Assembly (NCBI GenBank): GCA_003971905.1
Contig: RSEE01000038.1
Coordinates: forward strand, 62,001 to 126,000
Direction: 5' to 3'
DNA from: Moniliella sp. 'wahieum'
Taxonomy: Eukaryota
DNA length: 64,000 nucleotides
Under the pieces are notes generated by a model that searched no databases, was not told the origin of the DNA, and saw nothing but the letters and a program-made list of their open reading frames with translations. A program made the position numbers and the translations under genes. This document shows, piece after piece, positions 62,101-64,000 of this stretch (within the stretch, counting starts at the first letter, position 1; every line of letters begins with the position of its first letter).

Positions 62101-63528
62101 GGCACGCATCGACGCCCCAGAGAGTTCAGGTGGCAAGTCCATGTGGGACGCCTGGGACGGATATACGACTTCGGGCGTGGCAATACGACTTCCCTCGAAG
62201 GAGTGCGAGCAGGCGTAGAGGTAGCGGTAGAGTTATCGCCACCACGTTTGCGCCTCTCCCTTTCCTTTTCTCGCTTCATTTCCTGCCGGGCATGGCGAGC
62301 GGCACCCTCACGGAGGCAGTCAGGAATGACTCCTGCTCTTTCCTCTCCCTTGAGGCGGACGGGGAACGCCGCATACGCCGTTCCTCTGGCGTACTCGCCC
62401 TTGATTCGCGGTTGAGAATGCCCCGGCGAGAATGGGAATGGGGCTGGGAACTCGTTGCAGGGGTCGCCCGCGGCCACGACCCCGATCAGGCTCGTCCTCA
62501 TCTGCCCTGAGGGCAGCTAACTGCAAGTCCCGCGCACGGATTTCCGCGGGGATGTTGGCTAGTTCGCTCTCGGGCGGGGGCGCAAACCGTGGGCGTGTAG
62601 GGTCCCGATTGAGACGCTCAGCATGGGACCCACGAGTGTGCTGGCCCTCTTTGGTTTGATCTACAGAGGAGCCATGGTGGGAGATGATGCGCGCAGAAAG
62701 CCATCGTTCTCCGGGATCACATGACTGTCCAGTTTGACAGCCGGTTGTTCAACGCGTTTGACCATCTGTCGTGAGAGCAGGTTTGCGGCCCCACTTTTTT
62801 TGGTTGCCGGCGGAGGACGCGGGGTGTTTACCGTCAGGTGGGCCGCTGTGCCACTTGATTCTGGGACGGAGAATGCGGATAGCCGTCTGGTCTGAAGGAG
62901 AAGGGTGCGTCTCGTTACCCAGGTGCGGAAGGGCTGGAAGAACTCTTTCTAAGTATGTCGCCCGGCGCAGGATGTGATGAGTCGAGATTAGACGATGACT
63001 GGTCACTGGGTTCATGCTCGTTTTCGCCCTTGCGTGCTGGGTTGGCGCGATTGTGATGCTTGTGCCGCCGAGGAAGCGCTGGACTCGAGCTACCTGAGCC
63101 TGCTGCTGCTTGTACACCTCGCTGGATGCGGCGAGCGCGACGGCGAATCTTGGGGTCGTGGCGTACAAGGTGCTCAAAACGCTTGCGGAAAAAATAGCGG
63201 CGGACAAAGATCATGATACAGCCTACAGTGGAGATGTTACCACACCACATGAGAACATAAAGAATGCTCTGCTGGAAGCCACTAGCCTGGGACACGTTGA
63301 TGGTGGTCAGGCCGGTCACTGTCATGGCCGATACGCATTGGAAGAGGCAGTCGATGTAGGGAATGAAGACCTGGCCGTTGGCAGCATAGAAATGCCGCTG
63401 GCGACGAGGGGCGCAAAGACAACACAATTACGTGGATGCGAAAGAAATTCAGATAGCGAATAGCGCCGTACAGCATGCGCAGCTTCAAACGACGCAACAA
63501 GCTGAGGCGGTGCTGGGTTGTCCGTCAT
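59171..63528 (-). CDS. TRK1: Trk family K+ transporter; intron ~60459-60519, many frameshifts, 3' end uncertain
   Basis: LNFFRIH; YIDCLFQCVSAMTVTGL; VRRYFFRKRF; EYRALDLL; SAYSNSGMSLVD; LILAGNTAFPIFLR; FLLDHPRRCF; AVRAAGF; VMMYLAAFPIAMSVRSTNVYEERSLG; FELTSAYGTVGLS; HRGLPVAIDRAIMLP. Gly is present in all four pore loops. Confidence 0.95.
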
Positions 63529-64000
63529 GGTCGGGGGCTAGGGGGGCTCGTCCTCGGTCTTGTGCTGGTATTCGGGCGGCTCGGGGGGAGAGCCGGGGAG
63601 GCGGCAGGCCCGCCATCAAGAAAGGGAGGGGAGACATGAGCCTGGGGGGGCAGAAGCGGCGGGGGGGGGGGGGGGATGAGGGCGGGGCGCTGCGCTGCGA
63701 GGGCTCGGCTGGGCGTGGATGGGCACTGGGGAGCAGAGTCGCTAGTCACTGCACGCCCATCGTGGGCGCGGCGCAGACGGAGGGGAGGAGTGGAGGGAGG
63801 TGGAGTGGCGGTTCGTGACGGGTGACAGTGACACGAAGAGCGACGGCAGCAGCTGCGTTGCTCACTAGCTATCACTACTCGTTTTGATTGCTAATTCAAC
63901 ATTGCAGTGCGAGTGGCTCGCTGCCATGCCGGGGTGCGCCGGCGCCTCCAGCTCCATGGCGCTCGGCAAGGCTGAGCGCCTGAGCGCTGATCCTCTGAGA

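Overview
Eukaryotic, fungal DNA, most likely a basidiomycete: GC-rich, gene-dense, with short 54-75 nt GT..CTRAC..AG introns. It encodes about 15 recognisable housekeeping or metabolic proteins: WDR26/Gid7-like WD40, Pex26, an alpha/beta hydrolase, a DHA1 MFS transporter, a Zn2Cys6 factor, Rheb, an Ark1/Prk1-type NAK kinase, a Frm2/Hbn1 nitroreductase, pyroglutamyl peptidase I, HOM2, Smi1/Knr4, a CPSF6-like RRM protein, Zn-ADH, a signal-peptide thioredoxin and a Trk K+ transporter. There is also an intron-containing tRNA-Ile(AAU) and several hypothetical genes. Nearly every gene carries single-base frameshifts, most simply explained as uncorrected long-read errors, so many gene ends are approximate. 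The most striking unexplained signal is intergenic: many islands of tandem 7-bp units that follow one rule, x-y-T-N-A-y'-x' (an odd palindrome centred on TNA). They use all 12 C/G-containing 4-bp palindromic cores, and the central base often differs between neighbouring units. This looks like the trace of one recurrent +7-bp mutational process, for example stacked hairpin-type transposon excision footprints, rather than ordinary microsatellites.
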